Source: Escherichia phage AV121. From it: DNA of 64,000 nucleotides. Under the pieces are notes generated by a model. The model saw only the letters and a list, made by a program, of their open reading frames with translations, did not search any database and was not told the DNA's origin. A program made the translations under genes and the position numbers. Shown here piece after piece: positions 24,449-33,438 of this stretch. Position 1 is the stretch's first letter; every line of letters begins with the position of its first letter. Location of the stretch: the sequence record OR352951.1, one strand, 5' to 3'.

Positions 24449-25543
24449 ATGGCAATTGTTAAAGAAATAACTGCTGATTTAATTAAAAAGTCTGGTGAGA
24501 AAATTTCAGCCGGACAGAGTACTAAATCAGAAGTAGGAACTAAAACATACACTGCCCAGTTTCCAACTGGGCGTGCTAGTGGTAATGACACTACAGGGGA
24601 CTTCCAGGTAACAGATCTATATAAGAATGGATTATTATTTACTGCATACAATATGTCATCTAGGGATTCTGGAAGTCTTAGATCGATGAGATCTAACTAC
24701 TCTTCTTCATCTTCGAGTATTTTAAGTACAGCTAGAAACACTATTAGTAGTACAGTATCAAAACTATCAAATGGATTAATATCAAACAATAATTCAGGAA
24801 CAATAAGTAAAGCTCCTATCGCAAACATTCTTTTACCGAGATCTAAATCTGACGTTGATACATCATCACATAGATTTAATGATGTTCAAGAAAGTCTTAT
24901 CAGCAGAGGCGGAGGTACTGCTACTGGTGTGTTAAGTAATATTGCTTCAACTGCAGTATTTGGGGCACTGGAAAGTATAACACAAGGTATAATGGCTGAT
25001 AATAATGAACAGATTTATACGACAGCCAGAAGTATGTATGGTGGTGCTGAGAATAGAACTAAAGTGTTTACATGGGATTTGACTCCACGTTCAACAGAAG
25101 ATTTGATGGCTATTATCAATATCTATCAATATTTTAACTATTTTTCTTATGGTGAAACGGGCAAATCTCAATATGCTGCTGAAATAAAGGGGTATTTGGA
25201 TGATTGGTATCGTTCTACGTTAATTGAACCTTTATCTCCGGAAGACGCAGCTAAAAATAAAACACTATTTGAGAAAATGACATCGAGCTTAACTAACGTT
25301 CTAGTAGTTTCAAACCCGACAATTTGGATGGTGAAAAACTTTGGTGCAACATCTAAGTTTGATGGAAAAACGGAAATATTCGGTCCATGTCAAATCCAGA
25401 GTATCAGATTTGATAAAACACCTAATGGTAACTTTAACGGATTAGCTATTGCTCCAAATCTCCCTAGTACATTTACTCTCGAGATTACTATGAGAGAAAT
25501 TATCACGTTAAACCGTGCTTCTTTATATGCGGGGACTTTTTAA
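24449..25543 (+). CDS. 48: baseplate-tail tube junction protein gp48
   Basis: 364-aa ORF; T4 gp48 length and position. Confidence 0.85.
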   Translation: MAIVKEITADLIKKSGEKISAGQSTKSEVGTKTYTAQFPTGRASGNDTTGDFQVTDLYKNGLLFTAYNMSSRDSGSLRSMRSNYSSSSSSILSTARNTISSTVSKLSNGLISNNNSGTISKAPIANILLPRSKSDVDTSSHRFNDVQESLISRGGGTATGVLSNIASTAVFGALESITQGIMADNNEQIYTTARSMYGGAENRTKVFTWDLTPRSTEDLMAIINIYQYFNYFSYGETGKSQYAAEIKGYLDDWYRSTLIEPLSPEDAAKNKTLFEKMTSSLTNVLVVSNPTIWMVKNFGATSKFDGKTEIFGPCQIQSIRFDKTPNGNFNGLAIAPNLPSTFTLEITMREIITLNRASLYAGTF

Positions 25544-26508
25544 TGTATTCTTTAGAGGAATTTAATAATCAAGCAATAAACGCAGATTTCCAACGTAATA
25601 ATATGTTCAGCTGTGTTTTTGCTACAACTCCATCAACTAAAAGCTCTTCGTTGATAAGTTCAATTAGCAACTTTTCTTATAATAACTTGGGTCTAAATTC
25701 AGACTGGTTAGGATTGTCTCAAGGCGATATTAATCAGGGAATTACCACGCTAATTACTGCTGGCACACAAAAACTGATAAGAAAATCAGGGGTTAGTAAA
25801 TATCTTATTGGTGCCATGAGTCAACGTACAGTTCAAAGTTTATTGGGCTCATTTACAGTTGGTACATATTTAATTGACTTCTTTAATATGGCATATAATT
25901 CATCTGGATTGATGATATATTCTGTAAAAATGCCAGAGAATAGATTATCTTATGAAACTGACTGGAACTATAATTCCCCTAATATTCGTATAACTGGGAG
26001 AGAATTAGACCCTTTGGTTATTTCATTTAGAATGGATTCAGAAGCTTGTAACTATCGTGCAATGCAAGACTGGGTTAATGCTGTTCAAGACCCAGTAACT
26101 GGATTGCGTGCTCTGCCGCAAGATGTTGAGGCGGATATCCAAGTTAATCTTCATTCTCGCAATGGATTACCTCATACTGCGGTGATGTTCACCGGATGCA
26201 TTCCAATATCAGTGAGCGCTCCTGAGCTATCATATGATGGAGATAACCAAATAACTACATTTGATGTTACTTTTGCGTATAGAGTCATGCAGGCTGGAGC
26301 AGTTGATAGGCAAGCTGCGCTTGAATGGCTTGAATCTGCTGCTATAAATGGTATTCAAAGCTCTTCTGGAAATAGTGGAGGCGTTACTGGACTATCTAAT
26401 TCGCTTTCACGACTTAGTAGATTAGGAGGAACTGCAGGAAGCATTTCAAACATTAATACCATGACAGGAATTGTCAATTCGCAAAGTAAAATATTAGGAG
26501 CAATATAA
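25543..26508 (+). CDS. 54: baseplate-tail tube initiator gp54
   Basis: 321-aa ORF; T4 gp54 position; bidirectional terminator follows. Confidence 0.85.
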   Translation: MYSLEEFNNQAINADFQRNNMFSCVFATTPSTKSSSLISSISNFSYNNLGLNSDWLGLSQGDINQGITTLITAGTQKLIRKSGVSKYLIGAMSQRTVQSLLGSFTVGTYLIDFFNMAYNSSGLMIYSVKMPENRLSYETDWNYNSPNIRITGRELDPLVISFRMDSEACNYRAMQDWVNAVQDPVTGLRALPQDVEADIQVNLHSRNGLPHTAVMFTGCIPISVSAPELSYDGDNQITTFDVTFAYRVMQAGAVDRQAALEWLESAAINGIQSSSGNSGGVTGLSNSLSRLSRLGGTAGSISNINTMTGIVNSQSKILGAI

Positions 26509-26512
26509 CAAT

Positions 26513-26530
26513 GGGGACCTTTCGGTCCCC
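26513..26530. terminator. bidirectional terminator between gene 54 (+) and the alt-region ORFs (-)
   Basis: GGGGACC-tttc-GGTCCCC followed by ATATTTTTATTT. Confidence 0.75.
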
Positions 26531-26536
26531 ATATTT

Positions 26537-26827
26537 TTATTTACGGAATGAAATGAAAGCAGCAACTGAAGCAACTAAACCGTCTTCAATATAAACTTCA
26601 ATTTTTACAGGAGCTTCTGACTCAAATTTACCTGTTACTACACCCTGAAAAATACTTTCAGTCTGTTCTGGCTTTGAAAAATTTTCAGAAGGAAAAATTC
26701 CAAACTTTTTATCTGTTCCGAAAATTTTGATAAATTCATCATAAACTGCTTCGTTAAAAGCATTATCAGCAGGAATAACGCCTTCAACTACAAGTTCTTG
26801 ACCTAAAAAGCGCAAAGAAGATTTCAT
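26537..26827 (-). CDS. hypothetical protein (downstream of alt)
   Basis: 96-aa ORF, ATG checked; GAGGA RBS lies inside the 54-bp promoter/RBS repeat. Confidence 0.55.
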   Translation of the reverse strand: MKSSLRFLGQELVVEGVIPADNAFNEAVYDEFIKIFGTDKKFGIFPSENFSKPEQTESIFQGVVTGKFESEAPVKIEVYIEDGLVASVAAFISFRK

Positions 26828-26834
26828 TTTGTGT

Positions 26835-26888
26835 TCCTCATGTTATGTCAGTAAGACTACTATAACACAACACGAGGGACTTGTAAAC
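26835..26888 (-). repeat. 54-bp promoter/5'UTR/RBS cassette, copy 1 (upstream of ORF 26537..26827)
   Basis: Identical to 40344..40397; minus strand reads GTTTAC-N18-TATAGT ... GAGGA, i.e. T4 early-promoter-like -35/-10 plus Shine-Dalgarno. Confidence 0.7.
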
Positions 26889-27246
26889 TGCATTTTGAAC
26901 TTTTTAGTACGCGGAATAGGCATGCGTCAATTTTATACTGCTTCATTGTTTGAAGAGCAGTATCAAAAACAGCATTAATGACGCCAATTGGATTTCCACC
27001 CAAGTTTTTAAGCTTAACCAGTGATAATTTCTCGTTGACACCTATCATTACGATATGCATCATTTTATCGCCTGGCTTAACGTTTTTATTTGTATCACCG
27101 CCAGAGGTGTATGTACAAAATCTAAATCCAGGAAGCACGCTTTCTTCGCCGGCTTGGATAGCAAAAATTTGTGGTATTTTATGCTTAGGATTTAAGTTAA
27201 CAACCGGCGCCGAAGCGCCGTCAAATAATTCTGTAATAAGTTCCAT
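26860..27246 (-). CDS. paralog of the Alt N-terminal domain (no ART catalytic region)
   Basis: 128-aa ORF aligning by eye with Alt residues 2 to ~125 (MELITELFD..NLNPK.KIPQIF..PGFR.CTYTSGGDTN..GDKMMHIV..QTM.QYKIDAC). Confidence 0.65.
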   Translation of the reverse strand: MELITELFDGASAPVVNLNPKHKIPQIFAIQAGEESVLPGFRFCTYTSGGDTNKNVKPGDKMMHIVMIGVNEKLSLVKLKNLGGNPIGVINAVFDTALQTMKQYKIDACLFRVLKSSKCSLQVPRVVL

Positions 27247-27249
27247 GAT

Positions 27250-29340
27250 TTATCCTTGAACGAACTTGTAAGGCATGTTTGTAATATCTATGCAAGACGC
27301 AATAATTCCAAGAGATGATTCTACTTTCTGTTTAACATTTGATGAAACAAATGATGCAAAGTCAACTCTATCTTCTATATCACCTGTCATTGCAACTACT
27401 TCGCCGGTTTCCATTAGACGGTCACCGTCATAAATTACCGATTCGGTGAGTTCTTCTGTGGTCATAACTTCAGCTTGAATGAGTTTTGTATTATTAGACG
27501 TGGTTCCGTCATTATTAGAAGCATCAGTTATTTTATTAACTTTGACCATCAATCCGCGCGGTAGAATAACTTCAGCTTCTGTTGCTATTCCGAGACTTCC
27601 TGGATATACAACATTAACTTTATGAGCTCCATCAATTGCCCATCCTATTTGAACTTTAACGTATTCAGGATTTTCTTTATACGCTCTTATTTCGTTTGGA
27701 TTAATAGTTATTCCTTCTTCATTTTTATCAACTGTTAATTCATTACGAGCTTCTGGTTCTAAAAGACCAATACCAGCATGTGTAATTCCAAAACGTCCAA
27801 AAATGATAGGAGTTAAAGAAGTAGATACAAAATTTCTGAAATAGAACACTTTATTTTTAACTAGGGCTTCGTATATAGGAGCAGTCATACTTTGAGCACG
27901 ATAAACTGTAATGCCTTTCGGTATGCGGTCACCATTTTCAAAAGCTGAATCTAAATTATTTATAGCAGATTCAATTTCTTTTTCACTCATTACATCATAT
28001 CGTTCTGGATTGTAACGACCTAAAAGAAGATTATTAATGTCTGTATATCCTGAGCCACAATATTCTCTAATGCCGCGCTTTTGTGATGGAGTATATTTAG
28101 AACCATCACGGGCAATAGTAATATCAATCATTGGACCAGCACCAATTCCAGAAAAACTATAAATCATTCGTTTGAGGAATTTAGTTTTTGCTGCATTCCA
28201 GGCATTTTTAGTTATTTCTCCCCAGACTTCATCTGGTTGTCCTTTACGAGTTTTATTATGTTTATCAAGCCAATTATCTTTATATTCTTCAAAGAATTTA
28301 TTAACAGCTGCTGCGTATTTCTCTAAACATTTTATTGAAGTAGTTGGTTCATTTTTAATTGCGTTAAAAATTACATCTTTAATTTTTTCTGAAACTTCAT
28401 CAACCTCACTTTTTGAAAAGAATTTATAGTCATAGTGAAGTTCATTCGCAGTTCCTTCGGCAATAATTTTTGCTGCCTTAGTTTTAGAAGCTAATGAATT
28501 AATTCCAAGCTTCATTTCTTCTGCTTCGGGAATTAAAGGAGCAGTAGCAGGTTTATTGAAATTAGCTGCGGTAGATTCATACTTCTGGAATAATTCACTT
28601 TCAAATCTAGAAGATTCCAATGACTGACTTTGTGCAATTGCTCTACGGGAAATTTTAACTTTAACGATTACAGCTTGGTCAGAACGTTTATCATTTTCTT
28701 GTGCAATAGACGCTGCAATTGCCTCATTTTTAGTTACTTGAGCTCCGGTATCTTTATTGATATAAACATCACCGACCTTCGATTCAACTTTAGTAAAGAG
28801 CTCGGTACTAATTTTCGGAACTCCTGGAATGTCTTCTAGTGATACATTTTTGCGATGTATAATAATATATGCATACTTTTTATCATAATCCCAGAGTTCC
28901 TTAAGAAGGACGTATCTGCCACCTGAACGACTACGGATAAGTCTATCAGCAATAACTTGAATTTGTCGAGCTTGACCAGCAGTTTTAGACTTAAGAATAC
29001 GGAGCATACAAGCATCAATTTTATACTGACGCATTGTTTGCATTGCAACAGTAAAAACTGAATTGATATAATTAATTGGGCTTGGACCAAGACCTTTTAA
29101 TTTAGCAATTGAACCTTTAGCAGTTAATGTAAAAGGAACAATATGCATCATTTTATCGCCCATCTTTAAATCGCGATTAGTATCACCTCCAGATGTATAT
29201 GTACATAAACGAAAGCCTGGTTGTTCAATTGCATCATCAACATGAACTGAAAAAATTTGCGGTATTTTCTTCTTTGGATTTAAGTTTGTAATCGGAAGAG
29301 TAGTATCTTCGTCAAATAATTCTGTAATGAGTTCCATCAT
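27250..29340 (-). CDS. alt: Alt ADP-ribosyltransferase (virion-packaged)
   Basis: 696-aa ORF; C-terminal half has ART-like R ... STS ... ExE (YRAQS, FVSTSL, ATEAEV); minus-strand TATAAATA 21 nt upstream. Confidence 0.85.
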   Translation of the reverse strand: MMELITELFDEDTTLPITNLNPKKKIPQIFSVHVDDAIEQPGFRLCTYTSGGDTNRDLKMGDKMMHIVPFTLTAKGSIAKLKGLGPSPINYINSVFTVAMQTMRQYKIDACMLRILKSKTAGQARQIQVIADRLIRSRSGGRYVLLKELWDYDKKYAYIIIHRKNVSLEDIPGVPKISTELFTKVESKVGDVYINKDTGAQVTKNEAIAASIAQENDKRSDQAVIVKVKISRRAIAQSQSLESSRFESELFQKYESTAANFNKPATAPLIPEAEEMKLGINSLASKTKAAKIIAEGTANELHYDYKFFSKSEVDEVSEKIKDVIFNAIKNEPTTSIKCLEKYAAAVNKFFEEYKDNWLDKHNKTRKGQPDEVWGEITKNAWNAAKTKFLKRMIYSFSGIGAGPMIDITIARDGSKYTPSQKRGIREYCGSGYTDINNLLLGRYNPERYDVMSEKEIESAINNLDSAFENGDRIPKGITVYRAQSMTAPIYEALVKNKVFYFRNFVSTSLTPIIFGRFGITHAGIGLLEPEARNELTVDKNEEGITINPNEIRAYKENPEYVKVQIGWAIDGAHKVNVVYPGSLGIATEAEVILPRGLMVKVNKITDASNNDGTTSNNTKLIQAEVMTTEELTESVIYDGDRLMETGEVVAMTGDIEDRVDFASFVSSNVKQKVESSLGIIASCIDITNMPYKFVQG

Positions 29341-29360
29341 ATCCTCTCTAGTGTTTATTC

Positions 29361-29368
29361 TATTTATA
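29361..29368 (-). promoter_or_regulatory. late promoter box (minus strand) for alt
   Basis: Plus-strand TATTTATA is TATAAATA on the minus strand, 21 nt upstream of alt ATG. Confidence 0.6.
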
Positions 29369-29373
29369 AAATT

Positions 29374-29391
29374 AAAGGCCCGAAGGCCTTT
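29374..29391 (-). terminator. hairpin overlapping the stop of ORF 29390..29578
   Basis: AAAGGCC-cgaa-GGCCTTT; U-rich on the minus transcript. Confidence 0.55.
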
Positions 29392-29578
29392 AATAATCTA
29401 TTGGTAAGAGAGTACGATATATTTCAAACTTTGGACCTTTTTCATAAGCATCAAAAGTTTCTGTAAATTTATTATAAGCATATGCATCTATAAATTCAAT
29501 CATGATTTGTGATACAGAAGTAGAAACATCTCCGCCTTCTTTTTGAGCCACAACAATTGTTTCTAAGTAAGCTTTCAT
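29390..29578 (-). CDS. hypothetical protein between gene 30 and alt
   Basis: 62-aa ORF, ATG checked; stop overlaps a hairpin terminator. Confidence 0.5.
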   Translation of the reverse strand: MKAYLETIVVAQKEGGDVSTSVSQIMIEFIDAYAYNKFTETFDAYEKGPKFEIYRTLLPIDY

Positions 29579-31038
29579 AAACCAGTTACCTCATGAAAAT
29601 CACCAAATACATCTTCGAATGTATTAGCTTTAGTTTTATCTTCACGTAAACGAATCGCAATCGGAAGAAATAATTTAACGTAATCAGTGCGGCCATCAGA
29701 TTTTAACCAACCATTGCATTCGCACTCTAGAATTTTTCCAATATAATAATTTTGGTTTTCCATAATGCGAGTACGGTCAAGTTCATGTGATTTTACACCG
29801 GCTTTATCTTTTAAGCCTGAACCAGCATTTACTTTAATTTTTCCACACTCTGACTCAAGAATAAATCCACCTGCTTTAGTAGGGTCTTTACGGTGAGGAT
29901 AAATTCCTACAATTTTTAAATCAACATCAATTACTTCTTTAAATTTATAGAGATTTTTTGAACGAGCATTTTCCCACAATCCATCGGTATTTTTGAGAAT
30001 AATACCTTCAAGACCTTGGTCAATATACTTTTTATAAATTACCTTAGCTTCATCTAGGTTATTTACTACCTGGTTTTCAATTAAAATTACTTTATCATAA
30101 CCTGATGTCATTTGTTCTAGTTTAGAAAAACGTACATCATATTTCAAACGAAATGCAGGAAGACCGTATATTTCTACCAACGGGACATAATCCCAGACCT
30201 GAAACTTCATGCATTGAGCTTCTTTTTCAGAAATGGTTCCCTTTAAAGATTTATTGGCGATGCCATTAGATGCAGTACGTGATTCAGCTACTTCGGCGAA
30301 TTCTTTAGCTTTACTAATTTCAGGATAAGCATCAAAAAGAAAATCTAGGCCTTCTGGCTCCTTTTCAACTTGCTCATGGTATACCAATTCGCCATCAATT
30401 AACACACCTTCTGGATGAATCTGGCGAGCTTCTGCAGTCATTTTGATTAACTCTTCCTTAAGAAGATCTAATCCTAGATATTCATTACCAGCTCGTGATA
30501 AAAGACGAACATCATCTAATTCATCACCTCTGACTTCAGCAAAACACCGAGCTCCATCAGCTTTTAACTGGGCAAAGGCTGGAAATTTAATATTCTTATT
30601 AATGCCTTTTTCATCATAAGAACTTGCAAGCATTTGAGGTTGTTCAGGAATTAAACCTGGCCAAACTTTGTTTGCAATAGATACTGAAGCACCACATTCA
30701 AGGTCTCGCATCATCACTCGACGCAAAACTTCAACATCATCTTTTTTACCGTCAGTAATATAACCTACTAATTCCTCAATTGCCGCATTTCCGGTCAATT
30801 TTCGAGTAGCTAATGTAAATTCAATGAAGTCAAGCATATCAGTAATAGTCAGCATTCCAAAACTCTGGGTAGCAATACCAGGTTTAGGCCATTTCTTGAT
30901 ATAATACTGTAACCCACGAGAATAAGTCAGACGATATACTCGTTTAAGCAATTCATTATCTTTATTCTTTTCAAGAATTGCTTGCTTCTGCTTAGTTGAA
31001 CCAATAGATGCTATTTCGTTCAGAATTTTAAGAATCAT
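29575..31038 (-). CDS. 30: ATP-dependent DNA ligase gp30
   Basis: 487-aa ORF, same length as T4 DNA ligase; nucleotidyltransferase lysine context (LKADG). Confidence 0.95.
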   Translation of the reverse strand: MILKILNEIASIGSTKQKQAILEKNKDNELLKRVYRLTYSRGLQYYIKKWPKPGIATQSFGMLTITDMLDFIEFTLATRKLTGNAAIEELVGYITDGKKDDVEVLRRVMMRDLECGASVSIANKVWPGLIPEQPQMLASSYDEKGINKNIKFPAFAQLKADGARCFAEVRGDELDDVRLLSRAGNEYLGLDLLKEELIKMTAEARQIHPEGVLIDGELVYHEQVEKEPEGLDFLFDAYPEISKAKEFAEVAESRTASNGIANKSLKGTISEKEAQCMKFQVWDYVPLVEIYGLPAFRLKYDVRFSKLEQMTSGYDKVILIENQVVNNLDEAKVIYKKYIDQGLEGIILKNTDGLWENARSKNLYKFKEVIDVDLKIVGIYPHRKDPTKAGGFILESECGKIKVNAGSGLKDKAGVKSHELDRTRIMENQNYYIGKILECECNGWLKSDGRTDYVKLFLPIAIRLREDKTKANTFEDVFGDFHEVTGL

Positions 31039-31304
31039 TGTTCATCCTTTAGAGTTTGGTTTACAGCTCTATTATAAATCAATTCATCATTAAGCTCAGT
31101 CAAAGACCTATGGTACGTGGTTCTAACTTTATTTCCTTGCATCCAATGCTTGACGTAAATGAAACCTTGCTCTACACATTTTTTAAAAATTCGTTCGTCT
31201 TTTTGAGCTCGGAATTCTGGATTGCATCTAAAAAATTGATTTACGTGACCATAATCACGTGTAGTATTACCTTCATTTTCATAAATAGTGTGAACGACAA
31301 ACAT
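31035..31304 (-). CDS. hypothetical protein (T4 30.1 position)
   Basis: 89-aa ORF, ATG checked. Confidence 0.55.
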   Translation of the reverse strand: MFVVHTIYENEGNTTRDYGHVNQFFRCNPEFRAQKDERIFKKCVEQGFIYVKHWMQGNKVRTTYHRSLTELNDELIYNRAVNQTLKDEQ

Positions 31305-32167
31305 TAGAATGCTCCTTGGAAAATATTATCACCACTAGTAATTCTATTAAAATACCCTGCGTCGCCAGGCTTAATATAACTCCACGTATGGAATGGATTC
31401 ATATGATATGGATGTGTATAATATGGATTATATGGATGTGTATAATATGGATGATATGGATTTAATCCAGGAGTTCTCCATGTAGTATTTTGGCGAAAAG
31501 AATCGTTTTTAACCGTCTTCTCAATTACATCTTTTATAGCTTTTTCACTATCAAAACTTTCTTTATTTTCCTTCGGCGAAAAAAGCTTATTTTCTACATC
31601 ATTCCATGTATAAACTCGCTGAGCAGTTTTTGGAATATTGTCACGCTCTCCTCGAGCCATCCAATACACAGGAACACGTAATATTTCACTCGCATGATCG
31701 CAGTGGTGAGCGAGATCGTCAATATAACAAATTACGTTATATTTCTCTTTTGCCTTTTTGAACAACTCTTCTTTTGAAGAATCATGACCACACATCAGTA
31801 CTTCTGAGAAGGCACCAGGAAAAAGAGCATTCAAATTAAATTGACGATTCAGCAGAGCATCAATAGAATCACCCAATGCTGTAACAGCAACAAAATTATA
31901 ATCTTCTTTTAATTTGTTAATTACACACAGGGCATCTTTATACGGAGACAAGTAACGAATAAAATCTGAACGATTGTATTTTTCAATTAACTTGACGCCA
32001 AGTTCTTCATCACAGTTAAAGAGTTTACCAGGAGAAATAAATTTCTCATCCTGGATCATTTTTAAAATATGTTCTAACGGAAGATTATATTTCTGAGCAA
32101 AATAAGGAAGGCCTGATTGCCAGCTTAAACATACTCCATCAATATCAGTTAAAATAGTAGGCTTCAT
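31304..32167 (-). CDS. HAD-superfamily hydrolase-like protein with His/Tyr/Pro-rich repeat tail
   Basis: 287-aa ORF; HAD motif I (ILTDIDGV), motif II-like (VAVTALGDS), motif IV (ICYIDDLAHH); C-terminal NPYYTHPY repeats from a 24-bp tandem duplication. Confidence 0.6.
   Translation of the reverse strand: MKPTILTDIDGVCLSWQSGLPYFAQKYNLPLEHILKMIQDEKFISPGKLFNCDEELGVKLIEKYNRSDFIRYLSPYKDALCVINKLKEDYNFVAVTALGDSIDALLNRQFNLNALFPGAFSEVLMCGHDSSKEELFKKAKEKYNVICYIDDLAHHCDHASEILRVPVYWMARGERDNIPKTAQRVYTWNDVENKLFSPKENKESFDSEKAIKDVIEKTVKNDSFRQNTTWRTPGLNPYHPYYTHPYNPYYTHPYHMNPFHTWSYIKPGDAGYFNRITSGDNIFQGAF
31405..31458. repeat. 24-bp in-frame tandem duplication inside the HAD-like gene
   Basis: atggatgtgtataatatggat at 31408..31428 and 31432..31452 (period 24); encodes repeated HPYNPYYT octapeptides. 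Confidence 0.8.
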
Positions 32168-32622
32168 AGAGAGTCTCTTAATAGGTTTAACACATCAATA
32201 AATTCAGCTTCGGTTAGTATTGTATCATCTTTTGTTAGACCACTAGCCATGCTGTGCTTCAAAACTTTTCCTTTCGAGGCTTGTAATGCATCACGAAATC
32301 CCTTGTTTTGGATCGCTGCTTCAAAATATGCATTTGTGTATAATTCTTTCCACGCTGGGGAGTATCTTGAAAACGGAACTCCGAGCCAGAAGAGGGTCCC
32401 ACGGTCCTGAGCTCTAGCATAAGACCTTCCAGCTTGTTGGGCGGCAAGCCCGGATAACCCAAATATACGACGTTGTTGTTCAACATTTTTCACCTTGCAC
32501 CCTTGAAGGAATCCTTCAAGACCTCCAAATTGAATACCATCCATAACGAAAGGCCATTGGGCGAAATTACTTAATGCGCATGATGGCCACCTAAAATTGC
32601 TTCTAATCTCTAACTCAGACAT
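32164..32622 (-). CDS. NADAR / YbiA-like (DUF1768) domain protein
   Basis: 152-aa from first ATG (track starts at TTG 32628); N-terminal ...SNFRWPSCALSNFAQWPFVMDGIQF... resembles the NADAR signature as recalled. Confidence 0.55.
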   Translation of the reverse strand: MSELEIRSNFRWPSCALSNFAQWPFVMDGIQFGGLEGFLQGCKVKNVEQQRRIFGLSGLAAQQAGRSYARAQDRGTLFWLGVPFSRYSPAWKELYTNAYFEAAIQNKGFRDALQASKGKVLKHSMASGLTKDDTILTEAEFIDVLNLLRDSL

Positions 32623-32821
32623 TTTCAATGCTTATAATTTCAACATCAGCCCAATGACCATAACAAGGAAGACGAAATTCAACTGGCCAGTTAGGGTCCT
32701 TTTCTAATATAATAGACTCAACTTGTGGTTCTTCGTGTTCATCAGTGTACGGATTTTTATCTGTTACTTTATATGTGACCTTAATGTACTGAATTCCAAA
32801 AATCTTATTAATTATATTCAT
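32615..32821 (-). CDS. hypothetical protein
   Basis: 68-aa ORF, ATG checked. Confidence 0.45.
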   Translation of the reverse strand: MNIINKIFGIQYIKVTYKVTDKNPYTDEHEEPQVESIILEKDPNWPVEFRLPCYGHWADVEIISIENV

Positions 32822-33015
32822 ACTATTTCCTTTAATCCGTAGATAGGAGATAATTCATCGCCCATACGAAGGTCTTCATTTCCATCTACCCAAGAAACAA
32901 TATAAGCCTCTTTTACTTGAATACCACTCCATTTAAATGGAGGTAGAACCTTAGAAATTAATCCAGGTATACCAACTCCCTTTAATTCAACAGTTTGGCC
33001 TAAAAAGAATTTCAT
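32818..33015 (-). CDS. hypothetical protein
   Basis: 65-aa ORF, ATG checked; 4-nt overlaps with neighbours. Confidence 0.45.
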   Translation of the reverse strand: MKFFLGQTVELKGVGIPGLISKVLPPFKWSGIQVKEAYIVSWVDGNEDLRMGDELSPIYGLKEIV

Positions 33016-33302
33016 TAGAACCTCATCTGAAAACCGTGCGATTTAACATTACCGCCGCCAATATCAGAAATATTAATTTCACGCGCAATTGAAGGGTCAA
33101 TGTCAATTTCACGATTGAGTTTAGTGATAGCTAAAGTATCGCGCCCATTTACAGTACGGAACTTTAAAGGACATACTACATTAACGTAGTTTTTAATCGA
33201 TTCACTAGTAGGTTGCAAATGAGCAGGAAGGTCTTTAGGCGCCTTAGAGAAAACTACTTCGCAGAAGTTTTTACGAGTATCAAAATAAGTAGTCATAAAC
33301 AT
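33015..33302 (-). CDS. hypothetical protein
   Basis: Track starts at GTG 33365; first ATG at 33302 is preceded by GAGGAAAA and gives 95 aa; GTTTAC-type promoter-like element upstream. Confidence 0.5.
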   Translation of the reverse strand: MFMTTYFDTRKNFCEVVFSKAPKDLPAHLQPTSESIKNYVNVVCPLKFRTVNGRDTLAITKLNREIDIDPSIAREINISDIGGGNVKSHGFQMRF

Positions 33303-33414
33303 AGTATTTTCCTCAGTAAGGGGCCAAAGCCCTTTTCTTTTGTTTGTGTAAGATAATACTATCACAAAGGAACCGTACTGTAAACAACTTTATGCAATCT
33401 TTGGAAAATAAAAA

Positions 33415-33434
33415 AGGACTCCCGAAGGAGTCCT
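33415..33434 (-). terminator. rho-independent terminator after the basic small ORF
   Basis: AGGACTCC-cgaa-GGAGTCCT preceded on the plus strand by a 10-nt A-run (U-run on the minus transcript). Confidence 0.7.
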
Positions 33435-33438
33435 CAAC

